DNA of 63,603 bases, the filler included, from Pelomyxa schiedti (taxonomy: Eukaryota > Protista > Evosea): assembly GCA_020536535.1 (NCBI GenBank). It is 6 parts of 6 records of this genome, joined end to end, with 100 filler letters (N's around TTAATTAATTAA, not from the genome) between each part and the next. Parts side by side here need not be neighbours in the genome. Positions count along the whole stretch, not along the records: positions 34,480 to 63,603 come from JAHLWZ010001013.1; 5 more parts are not named here. One strand, written 5' to 3'. The notes under the pieces were generated by a model. That model saw only the letters and a list, made by a program, of their open reading frames with translations. It ran no database searches and was not told the origin of the DNA. The position numbers and the translations under genes were made by a program. Position 1 is the first letter of the stretch. Each line of letters begins with the position of its first letter. Positions 47,201 through 60,763 of this stretch are shown here, piece after piece.

Positions 47201-49176
47201 TGCAGTTTCCACATATTTATTGGTATACAAGCCAGCAGTTCCGCTAAATTGCCTACAGATAGAGTGCCGGAGGTTGTAGAAAAAATGAACTGCAAAACGA
47301 GGCCACATAATTTTTTTGCGAGAATTTGATGAAGTGGAAGAATGTGCCGGCGAATGAGAGCACAGAGAGATTTGGCAACACTGTCGGTCAAATCAATTCT
47401 ACTAGCGCTCTGCACTAAAAAACTAAGCATTGAGTACAATGCTCCAGGAACTAGGTGGTTTGGCACATGAGATGTCCTTTCAGATACTTTCATTGTCTTA
47501 TTTCCAGCAGAAGGGGGGCTGCGTTCAGCCAAGCAATTCAAGAGGTTGTGAAGGAATAATGGCCGATCAATAAAGGTGGTCAAAAAAGAGCTCACAAGTG
47601 AAGAATTGCCTTGTGTCAGATATAAGGAAGCGTTGGATGCAAGCATTCCCAGTGCAGGACCAAGTAAGAAACTCTCAGGAAGTTTCTTAGCAATTGGGTC
47701 CGGGGTTGTCAAAAATGCGGTAATAGCAAAGCGTTGAACTGGCATGTTTTGATGATACAACGCCTTGCACAGTAAAATTTCAGCCCACCGGAAAGGTATA
47801 ACCTCGGAGCATAGGACTGAGGTGAGGTTTGGCCACAGAGGTCTGATAATAGATAAATTTCCGTCATCCAGAGCGTTGAAAACACAGAAAAAATTGTCCC
47901 ATTCCTCTGAAATTGAAGTGCGTTGTACTGGAGACTGCTCAGAGGGAGTTACCTCAGGCACTGGTGAGTTTGTATAAGCACATTTCAGAAGATACAAGGC
48001 CCTTTTTTTTGTAGCACTGAAGGCATCCTGTAATGCTAGTTCTAAGAGGTTCCAGAATTTGTTGCTTTGGCAAATATAGAAACCGGAGGAGTCAACAAAT
48101 AGGTCTGAGGAGATGTAGCAGAGAATGGAAAGTGTGTCACCAACAAGACGAGGGTGGGGGTGATTGCGTGCGTTGGCTGGCCATAACAACGTATCCAATT
48201 GCTCCCACACAATTTTAATTCGCTCTCCTCTCAATTCTCCAACAGATCGTTTAATCAATTCCCTGAGGAGTGTCTGGGTGCACACCAGAGAAGAGACCTC
48301 ATCACCCCCAAGAAGATGGCTTATATGCACCATAATCGCAGGAAAGCACACATTTACCAGAGAGCTACTCTCGTCTGGGGGCAGTGAACTGAGGAGATCT
48401 CTTAGCAGAGTAGAGTATGCCCGGTAGTGAAGGGCAACAGGGCCCTCTGAGTGCCTACAGAAAGGATAACATAACACATCATAAAGAAAATACCCACCTT
48501 AGAGAATCGACACACGTAGAAGAAACGATATGTGCAACAGAAGAAAATCGGTGGCACAGACGTGAAACTTGGTTACACACACTCATCATCACAACCTCAT
48601 TCTCAATACAGGACTTTCGTAGAAGAGCCCAAGCAATTAACTCAATAAATCTTTGGAGGAGCTGTAACTACAGATGTCAATGCAGTAGGAGATACGAACT
48701 GAGTTGCAACACTTTCAGATTGTGATTTGTTCACAATGGAGAACGCAACACTTGAAATCACAATGGAGTTCTCAAGACTTTCGTTCACTATGTTAAACTG
48801 GTCAAATTCATAAATAGAGAGTAAAAAAAAAAAAAAAAACAAGTTAGGAGAGTTTACATAGAATTTTTGTTATCAAATCAGAGTTTCAATTTCAACCAAA
48901 AAAAAAAAGTGACACACCTTTCTCAACCCACCCAGAAGAACACAACAACGACCACAACTGAGATCCCCGCTCGGAAAGTGCAGTTTCCTTCATGCCCAGC
49001 CTTTTTTCGGTGTCGCTGGAAAGGGCTGTAGTCTTTTCTAGAGCCGACAGAGACTCTGACACTGCACAGTCAGCAGAACAATACACTACTCTGAGAGATC
49101 CAACTGAAACCAAGTGTTCCTCTTTTTCGCTCAACGAAGAAACAAGGGCGTTTACACGGTCGCACAGCACCTCCAT
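44276..49176 (-). CDS. TARBP1: tRNA G18 2'-O-methyltransferase TARBP1/Trm3 (helical N-terminus, C-terminal SpoU domain), multi-exon
   Basis: [65 protein letters not shown]; upstream KRALYLLK and RHRLWQ. Confidence 0.9.
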
Positions 49177-49688
49177 TGTTTTCCAGTTTTTGATGACTGA
49201 GAGAGGCGAAATTCCGAACGGTCCATGTCCTTTACTCCGAGTTTCGATACCAAGTACACAGTCACAACAGATAGTTACAACTGCCTCTTACAACCACAAG
49301 GCAAGAGGATTGGAGCAAGGATTGGGAATTCACAAGGGGAAAGTTTCGGGGTCGAGAATATGGTTATCCCGGAAAACCACTGGTCACGCCGATCCCAACG
49401 TGGAAACTTTGGAATGCACAAAAACGCACATTCTGGGTACGGGATCATGGATGTCCATCTTGATCTTTCCTCTTGAGGAAGATACATTGTATCCCCCAAC
49501 CTCCTGCTTTTCACATTGCTTTCCTCAGTTGGGATTCCCAAATCGAAAGGCGAATTATGGCCGCTGGTTGTTTGTTGAAGAATTGAGGGAACAAGAAAAA
49601 GGTGCGCAGTACGGGGGGTTTGCGCCGAAGTAAAAAACTTGTTGAAGTTTACTTGACAAAGAAAAAGATAAACGCTTAACACCCACAC

Positions 49689-51444
49689 ATGACCACACCA
49701 CAAATGCAGCCACCAAGAACACAAAGTCCAACAAACACACCACCCTCCCCGGTGAAGTTCGTGTCTCCGCCGTGCTGGCCACCGCAAAGGAGTCACAGCC
49801 CACCGGGCCTGTGTAAGTCACCGTCAATGGTACGAATATCTTCGCCGCTGTGCCATAGTCACGGTGGCAGTAGTAATAGTAGTAATACATCGCCAAGATC
49901 GCTAGGCAGCAGCTTCAGTCCGCAGTCATCACCAGACATTACCCCCACTTCCCCTCAACTGACTCCTTCTTTTGAACTGAAATCCTCAGGGCAACTGGCA
50001 CCTACATCCTCATCTCCAACCCCCTCAATTCATACTTCACCATCCTCTCCAAAGCTTGTTCCATCTTCCCCCTCTCAATCCTTAACACCGACATTGATGA
50101 GATTACCTTCTCCAATGTTAACGCCTTCACGGTCAGAAGGAATAGAATTAAGTATGCTGTCGCCAAGCACACCGCGTAGCCAGACAACCACCACTGACAT
50201 CGGGTGCACACTAAGCCCCGGGATGCGCCGATCCCAGTCGTATCCACGGAATAGTTCTGCAGTATCCAGTAGTTACATTGCGAAGGCGGTGCGTGACTTT
50301 GTTGATCCGAGATTTGTTATAGAATCTTCAAGGTTAACAGACTTAGTTCATGTATGTGAGTCGCAAATACTGCAAGTTATCTAAAAATGAGTTAGATCGC
50401 ATCTGGAGCATTCGGTAAAGTGTTCTCTGGTAGGCTCGTGGATGAAACGGGAGGAAATTCAATTCCCATTGCTGCAAAGAGGTTACAAATTTCGACAGAC
50501 GAGCACCTGCGGAATTTCCTCCTTGAACTTAAAGTGATGAGCACAGTTAATTCTGACTCCTTCACACATGTATGCGACAACTGTCAGGTGTATTTTCCAA
50601 TAACATATCCCTGCAGTTCTATGGCGTCTGTATTGGTGAACCAAGGAGACCACTTCTTATAATGGAATTATGTCCAAGAGGTTCATTGCTCGATGCACTA
50701 GCAGATCCAAAAACTGTGATAGGGTATGTCCGTCATCTCCCGGAGAATATGTTCCACTCATTACCTAATTAGATGGTCGAATGCCCTCGAGATTCTTAGG
50801 GATATCCTGTCTGGTCTCTCTACGTTGCACTCGTCATCCCCACCTCTCTATCACAGAGACTTGAAGTCCGGGAATTGCTTGTTGACAGCAGAGGGCCGAG
50901 TAAAATTGTGTGATTTTGGGTCGGCGCGGTTCGCAGTTAGAGGTGAGCAAATTTAATCTCAGGATACCACCTCCTAATGTCTGGCATCAGATAACTGTGA
51001 TACATTGAAAAAAGTGAGAGGAAACCTGGCCCATAGTGCACCAGAACTCTACACTTCACAAAGTTTTACTGACAAGTCGGATATGTACTCGTTTGGGATC
51101 ATCATGTGGGAACTGGTGAATAGAGTGGCGAAGGGGAATTGGGAACTGCCATTTGCAGAGTTCAACTACAGTTCTCCATATCAAGTACTGATGCAGGCGG
51201 CAAAGAACAACAGACGGCCCACAATGCCACCCTCTGTTCCGCAACCAATTCAGGACTTCTATCTGAGGTATTCCAAACAATCCAAACTTCACAGATAAAT
51301 ACTAATATTTTGTGGCCCCTCAGGTGCGTAGATCCTCTCCCAGACAACCGGCCGAGCAGCAGTCAAGCACTCACAGAAATCACACAAATGTTGTACAGCT
51401 ATAACGCAAATCCAGTCTCGTGGGACGGCACTACTACATCATAA
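49689..51444 (+). CDS. TKL-group protein kinase with S/P-rich N-terminus, multi-exon
   Basis: IASGAFGKVF, IAAKRL, FLLEL, HRDLKSGNCL, CDFG, APE, DMYSFGIIMWE, P..RP. Confidence 0.9.
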
Positions 51445-51758
51445 CTAGCGCACCATAACATTGTAGATCTCACACCTACACCACCCAGTTTGGTTTTTTT
51501 GTTTGTAAAGTATTATGTGAGTGAGAATAACCACTCGTTGCCAAAAAAAAAAAAAAAAAGAAAAAACCTCGTTGAAAGGCACTTACGGCAGTTCCTGCCC
51601 AGCGCGTCATTTTATCGTCCGTTGCTTTTTCAGAGATCTCAGACGAAAGAAGAAACAGGGGCTTTGTAATATAAAAAAGGCAAATGAAGAGGGCGCCCGT
51701 GCGTGGCAGCGTTCCGGAATCGGCACGAGGTGCCGCGCAGATGCAACTCGAACAAACC

Positions 51759-54432
51759 ATGAGTGATGACAACGATGGGGATCGCTCTGCGTTTGCTCTG
51801 TGGGAATGGGCCTCTGTGGTATTTTTTTTTTTTTTTTTTTTTCTTCCCCTGCCTCTTTTCCTTTTTTTCCCTTTGTAAATGCCGCCATTGCAGGCGCAAC
51901 GTGAGACGCAACAAGCGCTGTTACAATGTGAATGCAGGTCCCCTGGAGAGGCGCCGCTTTTGTCAAAGCTGTGGGCTGCACACACTTCGTGTGGGTCTCC
52001 GGCGGGAAACTTTGTAAATGAGACACACTTCGCGGCAACCTGGTATCTTGCATGCTTGACTCAAGCATCTGATCACCAAGTACACTCCATTTCGTTTATA
52101 GTACAAAGTACAGCCATTTCATTTGTAGTTAATGCAAAGGAAAAAAAAAAAACACAGATGGAGGACTCTAAGGTAATATTGACATAGATTTGAAAAGAAC
52201 TTCTGAGTCTACTTTAGATTCGCAATTACCTAGAAGGCATATGCTCCCTCACTCCACAAACAAGCCCTCATGCAGAGGTACCTCACTCAACCCTTTATGC
52301 AAGTAACAAAAACAAAAAACAAACAGATGGTGCTTCAGGCTCTCACTTCCGTTTTTCTTACATTGCCCTCTGAAGTCGTGACCGCCTCTGCAACACGATT
52401 GCTTACCTTTCTCTTTATGGTTCTCTCCCTCACTGGTGAAGCGGCGCTCAAAAATGCAGCAGTGAAATTCCTCAGTGAATTCTTTGTTGAACTTACCATG
52501 GCTGCCTTCGAGAATGAAAATGAACGCACTGTGATCATGAATAAACTGATAGAACTTTCCCAAGAGAGTTCTCCAGACAATACTCGTTGCCAAGCTTTGA
52601 AGTGCTTGGCCAATGTTGCTACTGTACACTACAACAAGCTAGATCGCTACATGCAGCAACTATTTAATGTCACCAGTAGTGCCATCTCCAAAGGCTCAGA
52701 TGAAGTAGCAATGGATGCCATTGAATTTTGGTCCAGCTTGACTGAAACAGAGATAACTCTCGAGGAAGGAGACCATGAGGAGAGCAGGAAGTACGTTCGT
52801 GGGGCTTTTACGTATATTCTGCCATTACTCTTGGTGTGTCTTATGAAGCAAGATGAAAACAGTGATCCAGACGACTTTTCTGTTGACCATGCAAGTGGCT
52901 GCTGTTTGTCTCTTATTGCTCAATACTTGAAAGATGATGTTGTGACGCCTGTCTTTACCTTCGTTCAAGGTAATATAGGCCATACCAACTGGCACAATGC
53001 GGAAGCCTCTCTCATAGCATTTGGTGCTATCTTGGATGGGCCAAGTCCTTCAGCTTTGAGACCCTTCATCACTAGTTTATACCCTCAGGTGGTAGCGCTA
53101 TTATCCCACTCACACATTGTAGTACAACAATCAGCTGCGTGGACATTGGAAAGAATATTCACACTGCATTACAGTGTTGTAAAGGACAGAGTACAAGCAA
53201 TTATGCCCTTAATATGCACCATGTTGGGCAGCAAGACTAATTCAAACGAGTTCCTGTTCACTCTCGTTTTTGCCTTGGCAGATCAGGACCAGGAAGACGC
53301 CAGCAATGGTCGCTCTTTACTTGATCCCTTTGTGCCGGCCTTGCTTGATCAGTTGTACCGACTTAGTGATAAAGACGGGCGACCTGGTGATTTGGCTGCA
53401 GAGGCACTTTGTCATCTTGCGAAGGACTGTTCTGATAACTGCGTGCCTCGTCTTACTCCTTTGCTTGCTGCATTTGTAGAGAAAATCAAGGCATGTCAAT
53501 CTGGCAGCCCAGCAGCTGCAAAGTCATACGACTTCAAGTTTTCTGTATTGAATTCGTGCATTTCAAGATTGGGAAAGACGGTTATCTGTGGCCCACTGGC
53601 TGACAGCTTGGCCCATTTACTGTTGAATGAACTGCGCAAAGGTCCTGGTGAGGAATGCTTAATGGCAACTAGTAGTCTATGCTCTGTTTTGGAAGACGGA
53701 TTTTCCAGCTATGCAATGGAATTCCTACCCCATACTTTGGGCTTACTGCGTCAGCCTTCTGAAGTTGAGATTTTCAAGTGCGCTTGTGGGGTAATCAGTG
53801 ATATCTCCCGTGCGTTATCTCAAGGAATTGGGACATTTGGTTCCGAGGCTCTAGCAATTGCACTGCAGGTTCTTGGTGATGCTTCTGTTGAACGAACTGC
53901 AAAACCTTGTGTTTTTGACATGATTGGAGACATAATTATGCATTGTAAAGGTCCTGTTCCAGGACTTCCTGCAATCGTGGAAGTTACCTGTCAAGCTGGA
54001 AGTGCAAGGCCAGTGGACACTTCTGACGATGATGAAGTTGACTATTTTTATTCATTGCATGAATCAGTACTGGGAACCTACACAGCGCTCCTACAAGCTA
54101 CGAAACAAATAGACAACCGGTCACTCGTAGCTGCTGTACCGCATATTCTTGGGCTTGTTAGATATCTCCACCAGGATACAACCCGACCGGATACCATTTC
54201 ACAAGCCATTGCCGGCATTATTGGTGACCTAGCACAAAGGGTAAGTGAGCCCCATTTCCACAAATCCTTTTTCTCACCGTTTTCCCCACCGCAGTTTGGA
54301 AGCTCAATCCGGTCCGAGCTGCAATCCGCCAACGCCCTGCAAATCCTGGCTGACCTCGGACGCTCAGCTATGAGTGATACACAGTCAGTGACCTGGGCAA
54401 CAAAGCAAGTCCGAAAGGTTCTTGGCTCTTGA
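51759..54432 (+). CDS. Importin-beta-1-like HEAT-repeat protein; 5' exons uncertain
   Basis: DEVAMDAIEFWSSL, acidic loop KQDENSDPDD...CL, WHNAEASLIAFGAILDGP, SAAWTL, GVISDI; in-frame intron at 54241-54294. Confidence 0.82.
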
Positions 54433-54555
54433 GTTGAATTATCCCCCTTCCCCTTTTCTGGCCCATGATCGGAACACGAAACAATTCACTTGGTTCACAC
54501 CCAACGATACAAACAGCCATTCCCCAAATTTTTCTGTAACCTGAGCCGGCCGGTA

Positions 54556-57500
54556 ATGGACAGCACCAACAATGAGGAGCAGAGCAACTCGCCCAGTGTT
54601 GTGTGCCTGTTCACCGGCGAGGAGGGGTGCGTGAAGGTGATATTCGACGCGCTGGTGGCCAAGGGGGCACGACCCACGCGGGGGGACAAGAAGGACCTCA
54701 CCTACACACTTCGGTCCTCCCGCACTGGGGAGGACCCCCTGCTGGGCCGCCTCGCCTCTCCTCTTGCTTGCACTGGCTCCCCCACCGCCAGCTCCCCCTC
54801 CACCTCGCAGTCTCCCTCCCAGCCCCTTAGCGTGGACCTGCGCCTGAACTGTACGTCGTGGAGGGAGGCTACTGCACTGCAGGAGCAGGGAGTGGGGTTG
54901 GTCGAGGTTATGCAGGGAGGCGGGGGTGTGCGAGGGGGTGGGGGCGGGGGAGGGGGAGGGGGAGCAGGAGGCGCTGGCCCAGTGGTGGTGGTGGTGGTGG
55001 CAATGAAGACGCGCAGGAGTGAGGAGAGCAGCCAGATTCCGCAGAATGTCATGGCTGACCTCTGTGCGATATATGGTAGTGTTAGCAAGTTGGAGGCAAA
55101 CAGGAATTTGTTGCTTCTGGATAGCGGAATTGACTATCTCAAGAAATCGAGGGCAGCAAAGTTTAGTATGGCCTTTAGAGTTGCGTCTGCCTTTTTGTTT
55201 TTTTTTTATTCCCCACACTGACTTTATTCAACCTACTTGAACCACACTTTTTTTTTTTTTTTTTTTGCAGTTGAGTGCCTTTAAATTACTGAATGGGATG
55301 ACGAATGAATGGGAGCCATGTCTCCCAGAGGGACTATTTGCCTCAATACTAGAAATAGCCAAGCTCCCGGGTTATGGTGAATACTCATCTCTGTATGTTA
55401 GTGTACTTACATTCGCACATTTATGTGCCTTAGAACATTTTCTTCCACCTGGAAACGCTCTTGATCTCACTGAGATGGGTCCTGCAGATGTACAGGAGAA
55501 GTTCTTGGAAGTGGTCAGACTAACTTGGCAAGATATTTGGGATGCCAGACTCCCTGAGCCGGTTGCTGCAGTTGCACTTAGAAGATGGGTTCAAGTACAA
55601 AACTGGCCTGCTGTCTCACAGCTCATTCTGTCAAGAGCCGTGAGAGAACAGGACGTTGACCTTTCCAACCTGAATTTGGAGTCTGTTCCAGAACAAATTG
55701 CAGGAATCACTTGCCAAAAGTTGGACCTTCGTGATAACCCAATCGTGAATCTGCCGCCGTGGCTGTTCCAAGCCAACATATGCAATGTTCTACTGGATGA
55801 CCAGAAAATCCCTGGTTTGTTGAGGGGAGAGAGATGGGATATTACCAAACATCGAATGCTCTTTGGAGAGGAACCCACATTTCCAAACCTTCACAAACTT
55901 ATTTTGATTGGGGAACACCCTGCCTTCCAATCAGAGTTCTTGAAGCGTCTTGTGGGAAACTCCAACAGACTCACCCTCAACTTCAAACCCAGAAGCAAGG
56001 AAGCCCCTCTCCCTGTAATTCATATTCAACAACCGTTTACCATGCACAAGAAATCTGGGAACACCTGGATAGCATGGAACTTGGGTATCCAGCTTTCTTC
56101 AGATGCTTCTTCCATTTTCTTTTCGGATCTCATTTCTCTTAAGGATTCGACGAACAAGTTATTGGACATCCATTTTTCCCATGCTTCTTCAGCAGCAAGT
56201 CTGTTTTCATACTATTTTTCTATATAGACAACCTCTACACGGAACGCAGGCTTTACTGCTGGCTTAAAGAAATCGCTAGGTGTCAGAGGCAAGCCAATGT
56301 CCAAGGAAATACCCAAATCATGCTAGTTGCATTTTCTCCTCCAATTGGCTCTCCCAACAATGACGGCGCTCGTCTCCACAAACTACTGTGTGAAGTTCAT
56401 GAGCAAGTTTTGTTGGAGAACCTGACTTTACGTGGACTTTGCATGGTAAGTTTCGATGGGGATCAGGAAATATCATTCGCTAGCACCTACCCCTTCACGG
56501 ATGCCATGAAACACAAATTTATCACAAAGAAACTCATCACTCAAGTAGCTGCATCTCTGGAAGATATTGTGAGCAGAAATGATACCAGTGTTGTTGTACC
56601 TCAACCAGCTTCACCAAGATGGATAAATTTTGCCCAGAGTCTACCACTCAGAGAGAAAAAGATGATAATAACGTGGGCTGAGTTTACAAGATTGGCTGCT
56701 GCCTCAGGGGTGGGGACACTGACGTTACCCCACACAGGGAGCAAAAGAAACTCGCAATTGGACTTCGAGATGTGTTGTGACTATCTTTCGGACACAGGGG
56801 CCATCATTCACTTTGCGAATCGTTACCTCAGGACCTCCACGTCACAACAAACGAGTGACGTATCCCGGTTTGTTGTTATCTGCCCAGATTGGTTCAACAT
56901 ACTCGCGAGATCAATCGCCAGGATAATCCACCCTTATGATTACAGTACCATCTTCACTTTGCGAACTGCAATCTTGCGGAGTGACGCCACTGAGAAATCA
57001 CGAAAACAGCATGAGTATTCCAATGTGATGGCGGAATCCGCTTCTCATTTATTAAAGTTATACGGCTCCTCTTGGATTGACTCTCTTCTGGAGGAACTTG
57101 ACGCACTGTTGATGTGTGGCAGAGTCCCACACCTCTCATTTTCACTTCTGTCTTATACTATAGATAGTCCGAGGCTGAGTCTCTGGGGAATTGACAAGGA
57201 TGGAATCAGGATAGTAAATGGGAGGTTGATTGATTATGGGTTACATAATGATGGATTGTGCAGACAACTGGTGAACATGGTGCGGCATATACCTGGTGTG
57301 GATCTAGAGTTCTTTTGGCAATCTGGGCTGTGGGTATCCCGGAAATCAGAAGGAATAACACAGGACTTACTTGTAACATGCGCCCCATCTCCCATGGAGA
57401 TTGTGATGAGGACAACCAAGGGAAAGAGTGATCCCTGGGGTATGAACTTAAGTGGATATGTAATCATGTGGCTAAATCGATTTTTTCGAAGCAACAATCT

Positions 57501-58777
57501 CTCGGCTCGGGCCATATCCTTTTTATGCCCCTGCTGTGGATCCAGTAACAAGGGCAGCCAGTCCCAGAATAGCCACCAATTCCAGGCAGGTGCAGTTCTC
57601 TCAGCTGGACTGTCGGGCACAGCATCCCTCCATTGCCCAATCGGATTGGGCTGTCAAGTGGAGCTGGCAGATATTGCTCCAGAACTCTCTCTTCTTACAT
57701 CTGACACAGCTCCGATCAATTTCGCTACAAATAAACACAGCAGAACGGGCACTGAAAACTATCAGTTGATTGCCGAAGGGAAAGTAATGTCCCAGACAGT
57801 AGCAGAACAGGTGATGCCAGTGATCTCTGTCTTGAAGGATATCCCTAAGCATGACAATGTTGTCAACTATACTGGGGCCCGCTTTTGCAATGGAGGGAAC
57901 TTGGTGGCACTCACTGAACCGTTTCCTCTCACAATTCCCCCACACCTTACGGACTGCATCATGCCAATCAAGCAAGAATGCACACCCCTGAACCTGAGGG
58001 ATCTGCTGAGACATTCCGTTGAGGGAGGAGTGTCATTTCTTGATCAGGTGTTGCCAATGCCCTTGAGGGAGAATATTCTGAGGGATGTGGCAAAGGGCCT
58101 GAATCACCTCCACACTCAACACCCTCCTCTCGTCCATGGCGACCTCCTCCTCGAAAACGGTATGCTGTCATCCCAACACATAATTCTAACAATCATGCAG
58201 GAAATGTTGTAATCTCATCGCTTGATGTCTCCGGACCTGGTCCTTGGGCAAAGGTAAAAAGTTTCTTCATAAATCAACCAACACAAACAAGATTGCTCAT
58301 TTGGGTCAGCTGTCACAGAGTGATGCGAAACAACGGAACAATAACAACTTCTTTCCGGGCCCGGAGCCTCGTGGTTATCCTAAAGCGGATGTATGGAACT
58401 TTGGTATGCTCCTCTCTACTCCTTCAATGCACTTATCTACTAATTTTTCAATCATTGCAGGAAGTCTGGTCCACCAGGTGGTCGATCCACTCGCTTCACT
58501 CGTTGAACTGGAGTTTCCCCTCCCTCCCATTGTAGTAGCAACAGCTTTATCAACAGCAACAGCAGTGAACCAAAGCACCAGAATCAAGGTGGATAGGGCA
58601 GCTGTCTACAGCACCACTGTGGCAAGGGGACAGTTCACTCCAATATTCAACACGTCTGGAGGAATTCCAGAGTGGGCAAAGCAGGTGATCACATGCTGTT
58701 GGGAAGTGGATACTCCAAAAAGACCTTCAATGCGGAGGCTCCTCTATGCCTGGGACCTATGCTCCAACACTCACTAA
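54556..58777 (+). CDS. Roco-like protein (LRR - degenerate ROC - COR - Cys motif - pseudokinase), multi-exon
   Basis: LRR VDLSNLNLESVP/LDLRDNPI; ROC remnants KLILIGE and WNLG; COR YLSDTGAIIHF, VVICPDWF, FWQSG; CPCC...CP, LADIAPEL; kinase HDNVV, DVAKGLNHLH..PPLVHGDL, ADVWNFG, CW...RP. Confidence 0.75.
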
Positions 58778-60763
58778 AACCATCCTCTTAATTAGGCCCG
58801 TAATAGTTGCTTGGAGTTAAATATCACTCAGAATATATTCACCACATAAGAAGAGTACGTGCACGGTGGAATTCGACAGACACAGCCCTCAGAACTGGAA
58901 ATACCACAAGCAGAAGAGTTTCGCAAAAATGGTATAGCTGAATGCAAGAGAGAAAGGAGAGCTGGCAGGGAGTAGTTTTCCTTAGAAAGCTCCGAGTCTC
59001 AAATGAAAAGGAAGGCCAGCTTTTTTCACTGATTATCTTGTGTCTCAACACCCTCAGAAATCGTTCTGACAAAGATTAAGGACAGTGAAAAAATCAGGGG
59101 TTATCAAACTGATGGATCCCGTCATAAAGTCCAACTCCTCTCGTTGTAGTAGTTGTTGATTATCAGCTACAACAACATCAAGACTCGTTGTTCTTGTTCT
59201 GGTCTGTCACCCATGTTGCCGTGAGGTGTTGCACTTGTAAGAGTGGGAGGCACAAAGAGGGGTGTGCTGCCATGAGAAGCATAGTCCAAAGGTGTTACAT
59301 AATAGAAACCTCGGCTCCTTTTTGACCTGTTGCTCTGTTAGATGCGCAAAGAATTGGCAAAACCAGTACTAGGTGCTCGTCCACGGACTCTGGCATTACT
59401 AATGTGTTCTGCCTTACATCTCCAGCCATGTCAAAAAGCGTAACCAGCGGGTCAAAAATAACATAGTTCATTGCAGTTCACACACCCCCTTCCAGACCTG
59501 GGTTTGTTGCTCTTATTTGCTGTGGTTCATTTAGCAGTAGTATGCATATATTCGTCCTATTATTGACTATTGTTACAGAGATTTACAGGGGAGTGACACA
59601 ATACCAGCCAGCACTTGGCAGAAAACCACCCACAATAGAGACAGAGCAATCTGCTAAGAGCTCAGGCACCTCCCACGCATCTATGGGAGCATCTAATAGG
59701 GTGCTCTTACATTCTGCTCATCATGGTGGCATTTAACCATACTTTCCAGAAAGGTCAATCTAGGCGTTATTAGCCATTTGACAACAAACGTAAGTGGACA
59801 TTTATCACTCTTGGTTTCGCAGATCTAAGCAGAAGCAGAGCACGAGTTACTGAGTGCCTCGGTGCAAGTCAGGGAAGTGTCCGGAAAGTAAGGGCTAGGG
59901 GCTTGTTGCAGCCAGGAGATGTAGTGGATGCTTTCACAATGTGAGAAGATGCAAAGCAAATAAATCTATTTGGTGGAACTCACTTGAGATGTGCGAAAGG
60001 CCACGGGATAAGGTGATTTCAGTACGGACTGAATAGTTTGGAATGGCACTGAGTGAAGCTTGGCCGGACAACCTTCCTCGGTTGTGGGAGAGAAATTACT
60101 GATGACAGAAACTGCCAACTCTCTGCCTGTCTCTCCAAGAAGCACGAGCCTCGGCTCCCTGTAAAATCAACGTCGGGTGGTCGAAAAAAAAAAAAGATTG
60201 CGAAGTGGAAGCCGGGGGAGGGGCGCCAGCGCACCTGTTCGTTGATTTGTGCCTGCTCACCAGTGTCACAACCAACAAACAACCAAGCGTGATACGAACC
60301 AATCACGTTGCTCTTGATGATAGCGAATCGGACGGGCGAAGAACCGCAGAACACGCAGGCTTCATGATGTCCCCGTAGCCACCCATCACTTTCTTAACTG
60401 CGAACCATCAGAGAAACAAACCAAATATAAAACACAAGAAAATAAAATAGACAACAAACAACAACTTAAAAAACCAACAACAGCGAAGCTACGACACCGA
60501 GGCGCCACCGAGATATAGAGCAAACACGACAAATGCAACCAAGGCGTTTGCCTAGACCTCCAGGATTGGATGGTGCGGTGAGGCGCGTGTTTGGTGCTCC
60601 TGAAACAACGACCGCTGAAGGGCTCAGTCACATTTTGCACGGCTATAAAATGTGAGCTAGGTTGTTTTTTTGAATTTTTTTTGTATTCATTCCATGCTTT
60701 GTTTTGTATACTGTATTTTTCTTGTCTGACGCAATATTTTTCTTTTGAAAAAGAAGTGAAATA

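Noticed and set aside
58839-60640. Scattered short ORFs between the Roco-like and CXC genes
   Set aside because: No consistent spliced model or motif could be supported by eye.
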